A DNA stretch of 60,006 nt, filler included, from Globobulimina sp. (taxonomy: Eukaryota): NCBI GenBank assembly GCA_003354225.1. It is 14 parts of 14 records of this genome, joined end to end, with 100 filler letters (N's around TTAATTAATTAA, not from the genome) between each part and the next. Parts side by side here need not be neighbours in the genome. Positions count along the whole stretch, not along the records: positions 47,237 to 51,427 come from PIVH01001495.1; positions 51,528 to 55,717 come from PIVH01001496.1; positions 55,818 to 60,006 come from PIVH01001497.1; 11 more parts are not named here. One strand, 5' to 3'. The notes beneath the pieces were generated by a model. It ran no database searches, was not told the origin of the DNA, and saw only the letters and a program-made list of their open reading frames with translations. Shown piece by piece: positions 49,706 to 60,006 of this stretch (positions are counted from its first letter, which is position 1; each line of letters opens with the position of its first letter). The position numbers were made by a program, and so were the translations under genes.

Positions 49706-49859
49706 TCAGTATTCGAGTGACTTAAACAAAGGAGTGCAAGGAGGAAAGTAAGATTTTATAGTGAAATAACCAGCAGTTCTTTGTTACTTTCTCCATAATA
49801 TAGCAATTTTATTTAAGCAGTTTTTAACAATCTTAGTCTCTGAAAAAACTCTTTCAAAG

Positions 49860-51427
49860 ATGGGCAATGACAATGGTGGGTTTCACGAAAGTGATGAAGA
49901 TGAAGACGTAAAAGTGAACAACTATGATAAAAACTACGCTAATAACATGAATGGTGGTTATTTGCCAGATCCATCAGAGGAGAAGGACGAAAACGATGGA
50001 AGTGGTCATGGTATTTATCAGTCACAATATCATATGAACCTATATGGTGTAACCGACAGTGGAGAATTTGAGCACAACGCAATCAACAGAATACCAAATG
50101 AAAACCATGTGAAAAAAATCAAACAATTATTTAAATATAAAAAGAAATTAGGCGAAGGTGCTTCGGGCAAAGTGTTGCTCGTTCAACAAAAATTTGGCGA
50201 CCAAAAGAAATGTGCATTGAAAGAGTTAAACCGCAAAAATAAAGTAAATGCACAGTTATTTTTACGCGAAGTGGTGATCTTAGAATCCTTAAACCATCCC
50301 AATATATTACAATTATTTGCCATATATTTAGATAAATCCTCCTATTTCATTGCCACTGCCTATTACAGCGGCGGCGAGTTCTTTGATCGCATCATAAAAA
50401 TCAAGAAATTCTCTGAAAAACAAGCACTTAAATACATCAAACCCATATTGAAAGCAGTCGCATTTATGCACGATAAGGCCATCGTACATCGCGACATTAA
50501 GTTAATTATATATTAAAATAATCCATTATATAATATGTAATACATTAATTGCATGATATTAATAAAGGCCATCCAATATGGTATTTGATAAAAAAGGGAA
50601 AAACGGTATCATTAAAATCATTGATTTTGGCACCTCAGAGATTGTCATTGATGATGATTTGTACACCGCTGAGCGGGTTGGAACTATATTATATGCACCA
50701 CCCGAATGGAAAAAAGATAGAATTGGCAGTCACATAAAAAAAGGCGATCTATGGTCTTTGGGTGTCATTGTGTATGTATTAATGGTCGGGCGGCTGCCTT
50801 TTGGTATGTATATATAAGCCAGCCGCGCTAGCTAAAAAAAAACGTTTTTTGTCATTTCAAATTCAAACAAACTAAAAAAAAAACTTTGTAGTACCCATGT
50901 CATGTCTGCACAGTGCAAATATTCCCCTAATTTTCAGGTGAATGGAAGCATATCGAAGGCTATAACAACGACTTATGGTTTCCAAAGAAATTAAAAAAAA
51001 AACTCTCCTACCAATGCATTGATTTCATCCTGAAATTGTTGCAGCGGTATCCGGAACAAAGACTGTCCGCCGCACTCGCTTTGCAACATCCGTGGCTTAC
51101 CACTACCAACAAAAAACAAAAGGATGTGGATTTAGGCGCAGAATTAAAATTTGGTTTAAAGTCGGTCCACGCCGAAAATACCATATCGCGCGTGATCGGA
51201 AAGGTGAATTATGGGGCCTTATCCATCAATGATTTGGATAAGGAACAGCGTGCGATCGTATTTGATAATGTTAAAAACCAAAAAGATGTGGAAAAATACC
51301 TTGCAATGTATAACAAACAACTGGCGCAGCAACAACATAACATCGCGCCGCTGAATCAAAACATGGCACCGCCAATGTACAACAAATATGCACCGAAATA
51401 TCATCCCCCACCTGCCATGCGGTTGGG
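49860..51427 (+). CDS. CaMK/CDPK-like Ser/Thr protein kinase (3 exons); 3' truncated
   Basis: Exons 49860-50500, 50568-50803 and 50938-51427. LGEGASGKV, ALK, HRDIKPSN (spans the splice), IDFG, GTILYAPPE, DLWSLGV and ALQHPW; MG start. Confidence 0.92.
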
Positions 51428-51527
51428 NNNNNNNNNNNNNNNNNNNNNNNNNNNNNNNNNNNNNNNNNNNNTTAATTAATTAANNNNNNNNNNNNNNNNN
51501 NNNNNNNNNNNNNNNNNNNNNNNNNNN

Positions 51528-51979
51528 ACATGTGATATATCATTAAATATTTTATTTATTTTAAGTGCTGTCATTTCAATTTGTTTTATTTTATCATTAT
51601 TTATTCTATCCATACTTTGCGGATATTCTTTATTTAATAAATTTAAATTTACTTCGATTTTATCCAATGATTCGAGATTTTCTTCAATTTTATCGTGTAC
51701 TTTTTGCTCATTCTCAGAGATTATTACTTTGATGATTGAAGGAGCTAATTTTTGCATTGCTGAAATGGCCACAGATATTAATAATGCGTGATTTAAAATT
51801 AATTGAGGATCAGACATAAAATCTTTAAATGACGATGACAGCGCAGATAATGTATGAGGTGTTTGCATTTGATGCTTGATAAAAATATGTTTAATATCAT
51901 GCAAACCATTCTCATTAACCCAGCTATCGAAATTAAATCCTTTTTCACCTTCATTCGATGTCACATCCACAGAACTCAT
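51528..51979 (-). CDS. SAM-like domain + coiled-coil protein; 3' truncated
   Basis: FDSWVNENGLHDIKHIFIKHQM...L is SAM-like, followed by heptad-rich sequence. Confidence 0.5.
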
Positions 51980-52076
51980 TGTTATTTGTTAAACAATTTA
52001 ACTGTTTCCAAAGGATTATCGACCAGGGGGTGGGTTTAATAGCTATTAAAACTCTGAAGTACTCAATCACATTCAC

Positions 52077-53578
52077 ATGGAGTTCACAGAAGATCATCGA
52101 AAGCATACACTGGATCTTCATTGGGCCCTAACATGCTATGCCTTATCAAATTTATTCTCCATCATTTGTGCAGTATCATTATTATATTTCTTGTCTCAGT
52201 TCGTAAAATTATCTAAATTACTCGTTGTAGAAAAAAGGCATTTTGGTCTATTAAAACTTCAATGTACATTAAGTGTAATATATTTAACGCTATCTCCATT
52301 ACCAACCTCCGTTGGCCTGGACTTTATGACGACATTAACTATATATTGCCATCATATTCCCTCCATTCACATAATATAATCTGTGATATTGCACTTTTCT
52401 TCGATGCCCTCATCATCCACTCGCTCGCAGTGGTAGTACTCTTCCGCTTTTATATGATGTATTATGACGCAAAATATTTTAATGATTTAATCACTTTGAA
52501 ATGGAGCATATATATTGATGAAAATATCAAAGATAAATATAACAATTTATTCGTCAACAACAAGACAACATGGGGTGACAGCTCCTGGTTTGGCAAACGA
52601 CGTATAATCATTCCTTTGTGCATCATAAAAGCCGCACCATTTGCAATACTTTACCTATTCTTCGACCACGGCGGCACTTTAACGTACATTGAGGTATCCA
52701 CTCATTTACTCCTTATCTGCGGCATTCTTGTGTTATATCATAAAACACCGCATATCAAACCCTCTGACGACTGTCTCTTTGTCATCGAGGAAATGAAAGT
52801 CATCGCCATTATATGGTTGCTGTTGGCTTTAATATATCTCACACTGCTTCCTTTGAGGTCCTTTGGTGACAATTTAATGGTATATTTTGCACGGATTTTG
52901 GGTGTTTTTATTGGACATTTGGCCGTTTTTCTATCTGCGGCATATTCCACTTTCATGGTAAGGAGAAAAATATTAAAATCATACTATTTGGATAATAAAA
53001 ATACAGCTGGTGCCTGCCATCAATCTTTGATTGATTTGTTGGGGAAAATTCTATGCGATCCGCAAGGACTTGGCTTGTTTGCAAATTATTTAATTCGAGA
53101 GTACTCTGTAGAATGTAATCAATGTATAGTGTGTTATGTGGAGTTTATTGAATACAAACGATTGGTAAAAAAGGTGTTTACGGAGATGAATCTAGATACA
53201 ACGGACTTGTTTGAAGAGGAAAAGGAATATAGATTGCTTGAGTCCGATTTGTTGCCAAAATCTAACATAATATACGGACATTCGCATGATTCATTGGAAG
53301 ATCTCGCCAAAATTGGCAAGGATTTGTGTAAGAAATATGTTATGAGAGAGAGTGCGATGGAGGTTAACTTGCCGAGTAAATTAAGGAATGCGTTTGCTAA
53401 ATGTATGGATGGTGAGGTTAAGAATAACGCAATGGGTGATATAAAAATAATGTATTTTTTGTTTGAGGATGTCATTGCTGAAATGTATCGCTTAATGGTT
53501 TATTCGTATGGCAGATGGAAACTAACCGAACGTTTTCAGCAAAATTGTGCGTACTATGCAGAAATGCAATCTCGTTGA
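52077..53578 (+). CDS. 7TM-RGS protein with an apparent frameshift near 52290-52310
   Basis: TM1-2 lie in ORF 52077 and the remaining TMs in ORF 52262 (different frame, no short GT-AG intron found). RGS box ILCDPQGLGLFANYLIREYSVEC...KYVMRESAMEVNLPSKLR...SYGRW. Confidence 0.75.
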
Positions 53579-53744
53579 ATTATTTTATGCTAATATGTGT
53601 GATATATAATGTTATGTGTCTTATTTTTATACTATTATAATTTTTTTTTATATATACTGTAGTAAAAATTTAAACGTGGCAACAGAAAAATAACACACAG
53701 ATACAACAGAAAAAAAAGACATGTTAATTTTTCTCTTAGTGCAA

Positions 53745-54962
53745 TTATCTAAGCTCATGATCGCTTTCCGTGAAATCTAAATCCACCGCACTGGGTTCCC
53801 TAACACAACAACGTTTCATTAATTCTTTATCTTTGTGCCGAATTTCAGGCGTTAATCCATAAGCAATTCCATCACAAAAACCAATAATTGATTCAAAGAA
53901 AAAATGCAATCCGGCCAATGCAAACGGTGGATGCTCCCCATAACCTAAAAACAAATCATATATTCTTCGAATCGATGCAAAAAAGTAGCAACATATCAAT
54001 ATGAGCGGATAATATTTCATTCGTTGCAATGTGGTATTTTTTCGTTGCTCCGAATTTTCCCTTTCTTCAGATTCTGGACTGCGTTCTTGATCCGCTTGAT
54101 CATTGTCACTGAGATTCACCACAATTTCCTGCATTTCATCGTTATCTTCAAAAGTGTCTTGTTTTGGCAATACTTCCTGATGTGGCTCAACTTGCGTAAT
54201 TCCAAAAGTTGACGGATCCTCAACTGGCTCATTTTGCAATCTTTGCTGGTGCCTGAAATCAGACCGTTGGGAAACATACACCAATTTTTTCCAAACTTTG
54301 GCATAAACCACAATCATATAAATGATACAAATCCATAACGGCACATAAAATAATACATAGCGCCACATTGTATCCACTGTGGTTTCATCTTTTATCCAAC
54401 ACCAACCTGTATATTAAAATAAATATACACATTTTATACAATAATATTAGTTATATTTACCTCCAGCTACGCCATACGAATTGGTGGTCAATGGCAATAT
54501 TGTTGTTACGATAGTTATGCTCCAAATTACAACATGCATTTTCTTCAACGATCTGTTTAATTCTGGTTTAGTGGGTATTTGCTGCGCATTGGCTAAGTGA
54601 TAAATGGTCCAAGCAATGGCTACAACCCATGCTAAGCTGCCATTGTCTCCAAATTGTTTGGTCATTGATTGAATGATACATAAAGTGCCTTGTTTTTTGT
54701 TATCGTATAAGGTGTATTTGAAAACAGAAAGCGGTGTAGAAATCAAACCGTTTTCGTCACCCGGGACAATAGAACCAACTGCATCGATAAGATCAGTTAT
54801 TGCCACCCATAGCAACAGCTTGAATGCGAAATTATTTCGTAGTGAAGAGAGCAGGAAATAGTTAATGACAATGAACAATGAACCAATCATTGGCAACACA
54901 CTTCCTTCCACAGTGATATTGGTCAATGTATCAATTTGTTGCGCAGTATAAACGGTGCCCAT
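53745..54962 (-). CDS. cAMP-receptor/GCR1-like GPCR (3 exons)
   Basis: Introns 54689-54748 (in-frame, inferred) and 54407-54460. GSLFIV, LCIIQS...Q, YGVAGGWCWI (spans the splice), LFYVPLW, YYPLILICCY and GFCDGIAYG. Confidence 0.85.
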
Positions 54963-55016
54963 TATTAGATATAATAAACTACTTCAGTTTTTTTTTTAGA
55001 GTGACATTTTTTAATA

Positions 55017-55439
55017 ATGGGTCTTTCCGTGCTTCGCGTTTTTTGTTTTATTGGATTATTTTTAAGTGGATATGCATTATATGTGGAATATAAAATATCG
55101 GTGGATCCCGATTATGTGGCATTCTGCGATATAGCTTCATGGGTATCATGTTCAAAAGTATTTTCATCTCATTATGCGCATATGTTTTATTTCCCAAATG
55201 CTTTGTATGGCGTACTATTTTATTTATTTATAATGGTGTTGGATGCAATAAAATTATATCGGTACATTATGTATTTAGCAACACTCACATTTATATCCAC
55301 ATTGTATTTGGCTTACATATTGGTATTTGTATTAAAGGATATGTGCGTTGTATGTGTGTCAACCTACATTCTGAATGCTGGCATATTTTTTGTCTCAAGA
55401 TATTATGCAAACTCATCCAAAAAATCAAAACATCCATGA
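55017..55439 (+). CDS. Vitamin K epoxide reductase family protein (VKORC1-like)
   Basis: LSGYALYVE, CDIASWVSCSKVFSS, PNALYG and the active-site CVVC. Confidence 0.92.
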   Translation: MGLSVLRVFCFIGLFLSGYALYVEYKISVDPDYVAFCDIASWVSCSKVFSSHYAHMFYFPNALYGVLFYLFIMVLDAIKLYRYIMYLATLTFISTLYLAYILVFVLKDMCVVCVSTYILNAGIFFVSRYYANSSKKSKHP

Positions 55440-55864
55440 TACTGATAAATGGGAATGGATCAACACTATAAACTTTTGAATGGCCTAATGTTGCCACAAA
55501 TAAATGTTTCATCCTTGCACAAATAAATGTTGCCACAAACTAAATTAAAATCTTTTTTTCAGAAATAATCTAAATATACATAAGTGCAATTTTAAGTAAA
55601 CAAGTAGCAAAGGATGGGAGGCTTTGATGAACATATACGCCAATTGAATAATTACAACACCATATTCGGTACATACTGGTTTAACATATTATGTGTCTGT
55701 TGCAATTTAGTCGAGATNNNNNNNNNNNNNNNNNNNNNNNNNNNNNNNNNNNNNNNNNNNNTTAATTAATTAANNNNNNNNNNNNNNNNNNNNNNNNNNN
55801 NNNNNNNNNNNNNNNNNCATAAAAAAGGCAACAATACTACAATTAAACACTCTGTACTTGGATC

Positions 55865-57795
55865 ATGAGAAGCATAGCAAATTGTGTGGAACGATATCAT
55901 TTCACACAGGATAAATTCCAATCATTCACATGTTTGATGTTACTGTTGGGTGCTATTTTTGCAATGGTACCTCCAATCATCGTAGTATTATTAGAACAAT
56001 CACACAGTGAGATATGTACACAATTTGTAGTTTATGCACATTACAGTACTCATGAATGGTTAAAAGATAAATTCAATCAATTTAAAAATGAAAAACACTC
56101 ATCCTTTTCAAATGTATGCTATGAACTACGTATTGGCGATTCTGCATTGCCAGACGATGTAAAGCCCGCAATATGGATTCCTGAAACATTTGGTTTGTTA
56201 CTATGGTTTTTTGATACTGTATATAAATTAATTTTGTTTATAATAATATAGTATGGATCGACATTGCACAGGAAAAATTTCGACAAGCTGATCCTGACCA
56301 CGACGACTTAATAAATGATCGAGACACTGATTGCACTCCAACCACATCCACACCATTTGGCATTATCACATGGGCCAAATTTGCAGAAATATTATCTCCG
56401 GATGGCGCACCTATCGATTTTAGTACTATCAATATCGATATCCTTGCACCTGTTTTAAATTCATCAGAGTATGATAATATATTCTTTCTCACCTTCAATT
56501 GTACCCTCTTCTTGTCATATTATAGTCATTCAGGCGAACAACAGCTACATATTGCTCACGGTCATCCCAATGTAACCTCCGGCGGATTGTTAGGTTTTGT
56601 AACAGCATTCAACGCATTGAACACGAACCAGTTCCCAGACTTCAAAACCACAAAATACACGTTCGATGGTTGTAAAGCTAGTATTTCTGAGAACGCAAAG
56701 CAGCAAATGAAACTGTTGGAGTACTATGTAATCTCAACCACTCCGATCGACTATACCTTGCCTTATAACTATATGATGAAACGAGGCCCGGATTATTTAC
56801 ACATGGCCTTTGGATTTGAGAATGACGTCGCTGCGCTAAACAATAAAAGCAAGAGCGACCTGCTCGAGAAATGGGACGATTACTTGGCCTTCTTGTATTT
56901 GAGCGAAACGTACCGCATCGAACACCCAATGTGCAAACTGACCGGCGCTGAATGGTATGGCTCAGACACAGCAAAGGTCGCGGATGCATTCATAACGTGG
57001 ATCACTTCCGACTGTGCAGATTGCATTGCTGATTTACAGAATCATGGCTTTCGGCCGTTTGGCGTCACCGTGACAAACAGCTCTATCATATCGAAGGCGA
57101 ATGGGTGTAATTTGGAGGCAGATCTTAAAACGTACGGCAATCCGCCGGCTGTGGGCACATCGACGTGCGTACGACAGCAATTTCGGACCGTTAAAAAGCA
57201 TACCCGTATCACAGTATTGTTGGACGTGTCTGGCAATATGCGGGAACCAATCAGTTCTCAGGAAACTCGGTGGGCGGCGATTATTGGCAGTTTGCCAGTG
57301 TTGGGTGAGAATTTGGAGGATTCTGCGCAGATTAACTTGAGGTGCTTTCATTCAGTGACTATGGATTGTTCGCCGGAGTCATATCCGAGCGGTACTTTGA
57401 GTGCATCACGAAGTGAATTGGAGGATTATTTTGCATCCATTGCACCGCAGGGCGACGATCAGGTAAATTTGTTTAGCTCTTTGATGGAGACATATAATGA
57501 TGTGGTTACTGAGCAAGATGAGCAAATGGAGGAGTTTCGATATATTATACTTGTTATCAGCGAAGATGCGACGACATGGGAGAATAATGCAACGCTATTG
57601 AATCTGGTCCGTAGTCAATCGGATGAAAAGGGTCCATTGCAAATTCGTATTTTTCCTATTTTGTATTTTGGGACAGAAGATGAGGGCACGTATGACACTT
57701 TGAACGAATTGGCTTATTTGACGGGTGGAGAATTTTCTACTGCGGATGATAACAACTTAAAAAGTATAATCACTGAATTTACATATTATTGGTAG
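55865..57795 (+). CDS. Membrane-anchored solute-binding-protein + vWA domain protein, bacterial-type architecture (spliced)
   Basis: Intron 56193-56251 joins AIWIPETF to VWIDIAQ, in frame through to ORF 56512. Motifs HGHPNVTSGGL, FENDVAALN, IEHPMC and GFRP, then vWA VLLDVSGNM...ILVISED...ELAYLTGG. Confidence 0.75.
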
Positions 57796-58040
57796 TTATA
57801 AACTATTGCATCATAAGCCATCATTTGATTGTGCATATTTTTTGGTTGTTTTAAATTGTTCGTGTGCTAATTTTAATTTTGCCTTTTGAGTTTCGATTGA
57901 TACTAATTTTGTAACTTTGCTACGATTAGAAATTTCTTCAATGCACAAAATCCAACATATAATAACACTGTTTAAATGGTCGGATATTGTACATGTGTAA
58001 ACGTTAAGTAACGAAACTTTTTTTTAACTGTAGCACAATC

Positions 58041-59179
58041 ATGCCTATGCTTCGAGATATTGTAACTGCTACGCAATCATGCTCGAATAAATGCTGCCCA
58101 TTACCAGAAAAATTTGCACAACTAAGAACATCAACAAATGCTGAAGATAGAAAACTAAACACTCGTTTGGAAGGATTTGCTTATTTATATATGATGATAT
58201 GGGCATTTGTTCAATTGGCAGTGTTTGTCATTTTAATGGTAGCATTTTATTTATCCAAAGACAATCGTTTTATGCGAGATCAAGACTGTTGTGCTAGCGC
58301 TGATTTCCAAGATCTGACGCGACATAACAATGATTTGCCTTTACAAGAATGTTCAAACAAAGCATGCCAATTTACACAACGTAATTATGACACAATATTT
58401 AGTGGTGCTAAGTCTATAAATGATCCATTACCCCGAGAACCACAGGACGGCGACTATTCGCATGTATTTCATTACGAACAACAATGGGTATTTAACTATC
58501 TCTCTCTACGCACAATCGCAATATATATAATAACTAATCCATATGTTCTTAAGTGGTGCTGTAATTTAGACGCAAACTCGGATGAATGTTGTAATAAATT
58601 ACCATATGGAGCATCCTGTGCAGCCCTAATGTGGATGGCGGGATTTTCTGCAGTTTGTGCAATGTTCACAACCCAAGTAATGTTGCAAGGATTTTATTCA
58701 TTTTGGGCGCGGAGGAATTCAGTATGGACATTGTTATCTGTATTTATTGGCATCTTGTTACGCTTACTTGTGTTTTGTTTATTGTTTTATTTCTTTTTTG
58801 GGTTTATGTTTTTATTTATTTTTTTTTGGATTCCAATGGTATGTCATTTACATTTATATACTAGATTTATGATAAATATATATTGATGTGAATGTGATTA
58901 ATATATTATACATAGATTCGTTGTGATAATCCATACGCTATCCAATGGTGGAGATTTGGCTATCTTTATGTGCTTCAATTTGGAAAGAATTGGAAATGGA
59001 TTGTAGGCAATGGATTTAACCAAAGTGATGGCAATATGGACTTTGATCAATTAATTTCAACACATACATCATTATCAGTGCTTATTGACTTTATATTTGC
59101 TGCGCTATATATAATACTGTCGAAGATAAAAGATAACCGAGGACAGCCTTATTGCCATTTAATATTTTTTAGATTATAG
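58041..59179 (+). CDS. Cys-rich multi-pass membrane protein of unknown function (2 exons)
   Basis: Exons 58041-58838 and 58916-59179 join in frame; several TM helices and CC pairs. Confidence 0.6.
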
Positions 59180-59323
59180 CCAAACACATATACATTGTTA
59201 ATAGTGGCTGGTGATTGGATAATTTTGTTGACTGTTCTGTTGTGAATTGTTTTGCTCGATTTTTTTGTTGTATTTTTCACCGTTAAATGTCTTACGGAGT
59301 TACGGTTTTTATAAATTAAAAAC

Positions 59324-60006
59324 ATGTTGAAGCCTTTGGCAAAAGTTTCGAAACGATGGTTACAACTGCCATTCAGCAATAAATCATACAAATGTGGTCC
59401 GGATCTCTTAGTTAAATCCAACCCAGAATTCTTTATTGAATCAAACCCTGAATTATATAAGTTGAGAGCTTGAACAATCTCCAGATCCCAATGCGATGAT
59501 TTTACAAACATATTGCAAATACAACAAAGAGTAGATATTATAGGCATCACCAAATCCCATTGTACTCATCACTGGCATTTGATGGAATGCGTAAAGCAGG
59601 CAAGCTGGCTGCCAATTGCTTGCGTCATCTACATGACATTATAGAACCAGGCGTAAGCACCTATGACTTACATCAAATCACCAAAGAATACATTGAAAGC
59701 AATGGTGGCATCGCATCATCATTGGGCTATAAAGGATTCCCAGCATCCATTTGTACGTCAAACAATTATGTCGCCTGTCATGGTGTGCCCCGCGAGGATG
59801 AGACATTAAATGAAGGCGATATCATTGCATTGGATGTGACCTGTTTAGTTGATGGCTTTTATGGTGATACATGTTATACGTATTATGTTGGGGACTATCA
59901 CAAAATGGATTGTTTAATTGCCTTATTTGTATATGCATGTCAACAGTGCAGAGATGAAGCAATCAAAATATGTCAGCCCTTGCAAGATATAAACCGCATT
60001 GGTATT
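59324..60006 (+). CDS. METAP1D: Methionine aminopeptidase type I, probable mitochondrial MetAP1D; 3' truncated (absent from the ORF track)
   Basis: Presequence-like exon 59324-59460 and intron about 59461-59534, then GMRKAGKLAA, EPGVST, LGYKGFPASICTSNNYVACHGVP and EGDIIALDVT...GFYGDT. Confidence 0.85.

Noticed and set aside
4198-55817. Regularly spaced TTAATTAATTAA palindromes about every 4.29 kb, resembling a repeat array or chromosome-breakage signal
   Set aside because: Each sits in an identical 44N-12-44N block and contig sizes fall monotonically, so this is an artificial concatenation linker. Cross-spacer gene neighbourhoods are meaningless.
1-60006. rRNA, tRNA, prokaryotic operons, phage or defence systems
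   Set aside because: None recognisable by eye and the genes are spliced eukaryotic ones. A tRNAscan-SE/Infernal run would be needed to exclude small RNAs.

Overview
The window is not one locus. It is 14 unrelated contigs of about 4.19 kb, sorted by decreasing length (4197 to 4189 nt) and joined by 100-nt spacers (44 N + TTAATTAATTAA + 44 N). Neighbourhood arguments therefore hold only within a contig. The DNA is an AT-rich, gene-dense eukaryotic nuclear genome using the standard code, with short GT-AG introns (mostly 52-82 nt) and very short divergent intergenic regions. Gene content (PTxxPT mucins, F-box-like LxxGY/FxR...IP motif proteins, G-alpha, 7TM-RGS, cAMP-receptor-like GPCR) suggests a foraminiferan/rhizarian protist (inference). 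Recognisable genes include NPHP4, an annexin pair, beta-hexosaminidase, ERp29, NSRP1-like, a CaMK-type kinase, VKOR and MetAP1D. Most unusual, after manual splicing: (1) an intron-containing Transib/RAG1-like transposase that has lost the third catalytic Glu, a candidate domesticated recombinase; (2) a membrane-anchored expansin-GH18 chitinase-CBM63-CBM14 fusion; (3) a membrane-anchored CCR4/Angel-type EEP nuclease with a Mut7-C domain inserted inside it; (4) a G-alpha with a degenerate G3 motif and an F-box-like insert in switch III; (5) an internal ubiquitin (LRLRGG) fused to a 2OG-Fe(II) oxygenase; (6) a bacterial-type solute-binding + vWA gene carrying an intron. All family calls come from motif recognition by eye; no searches were run.
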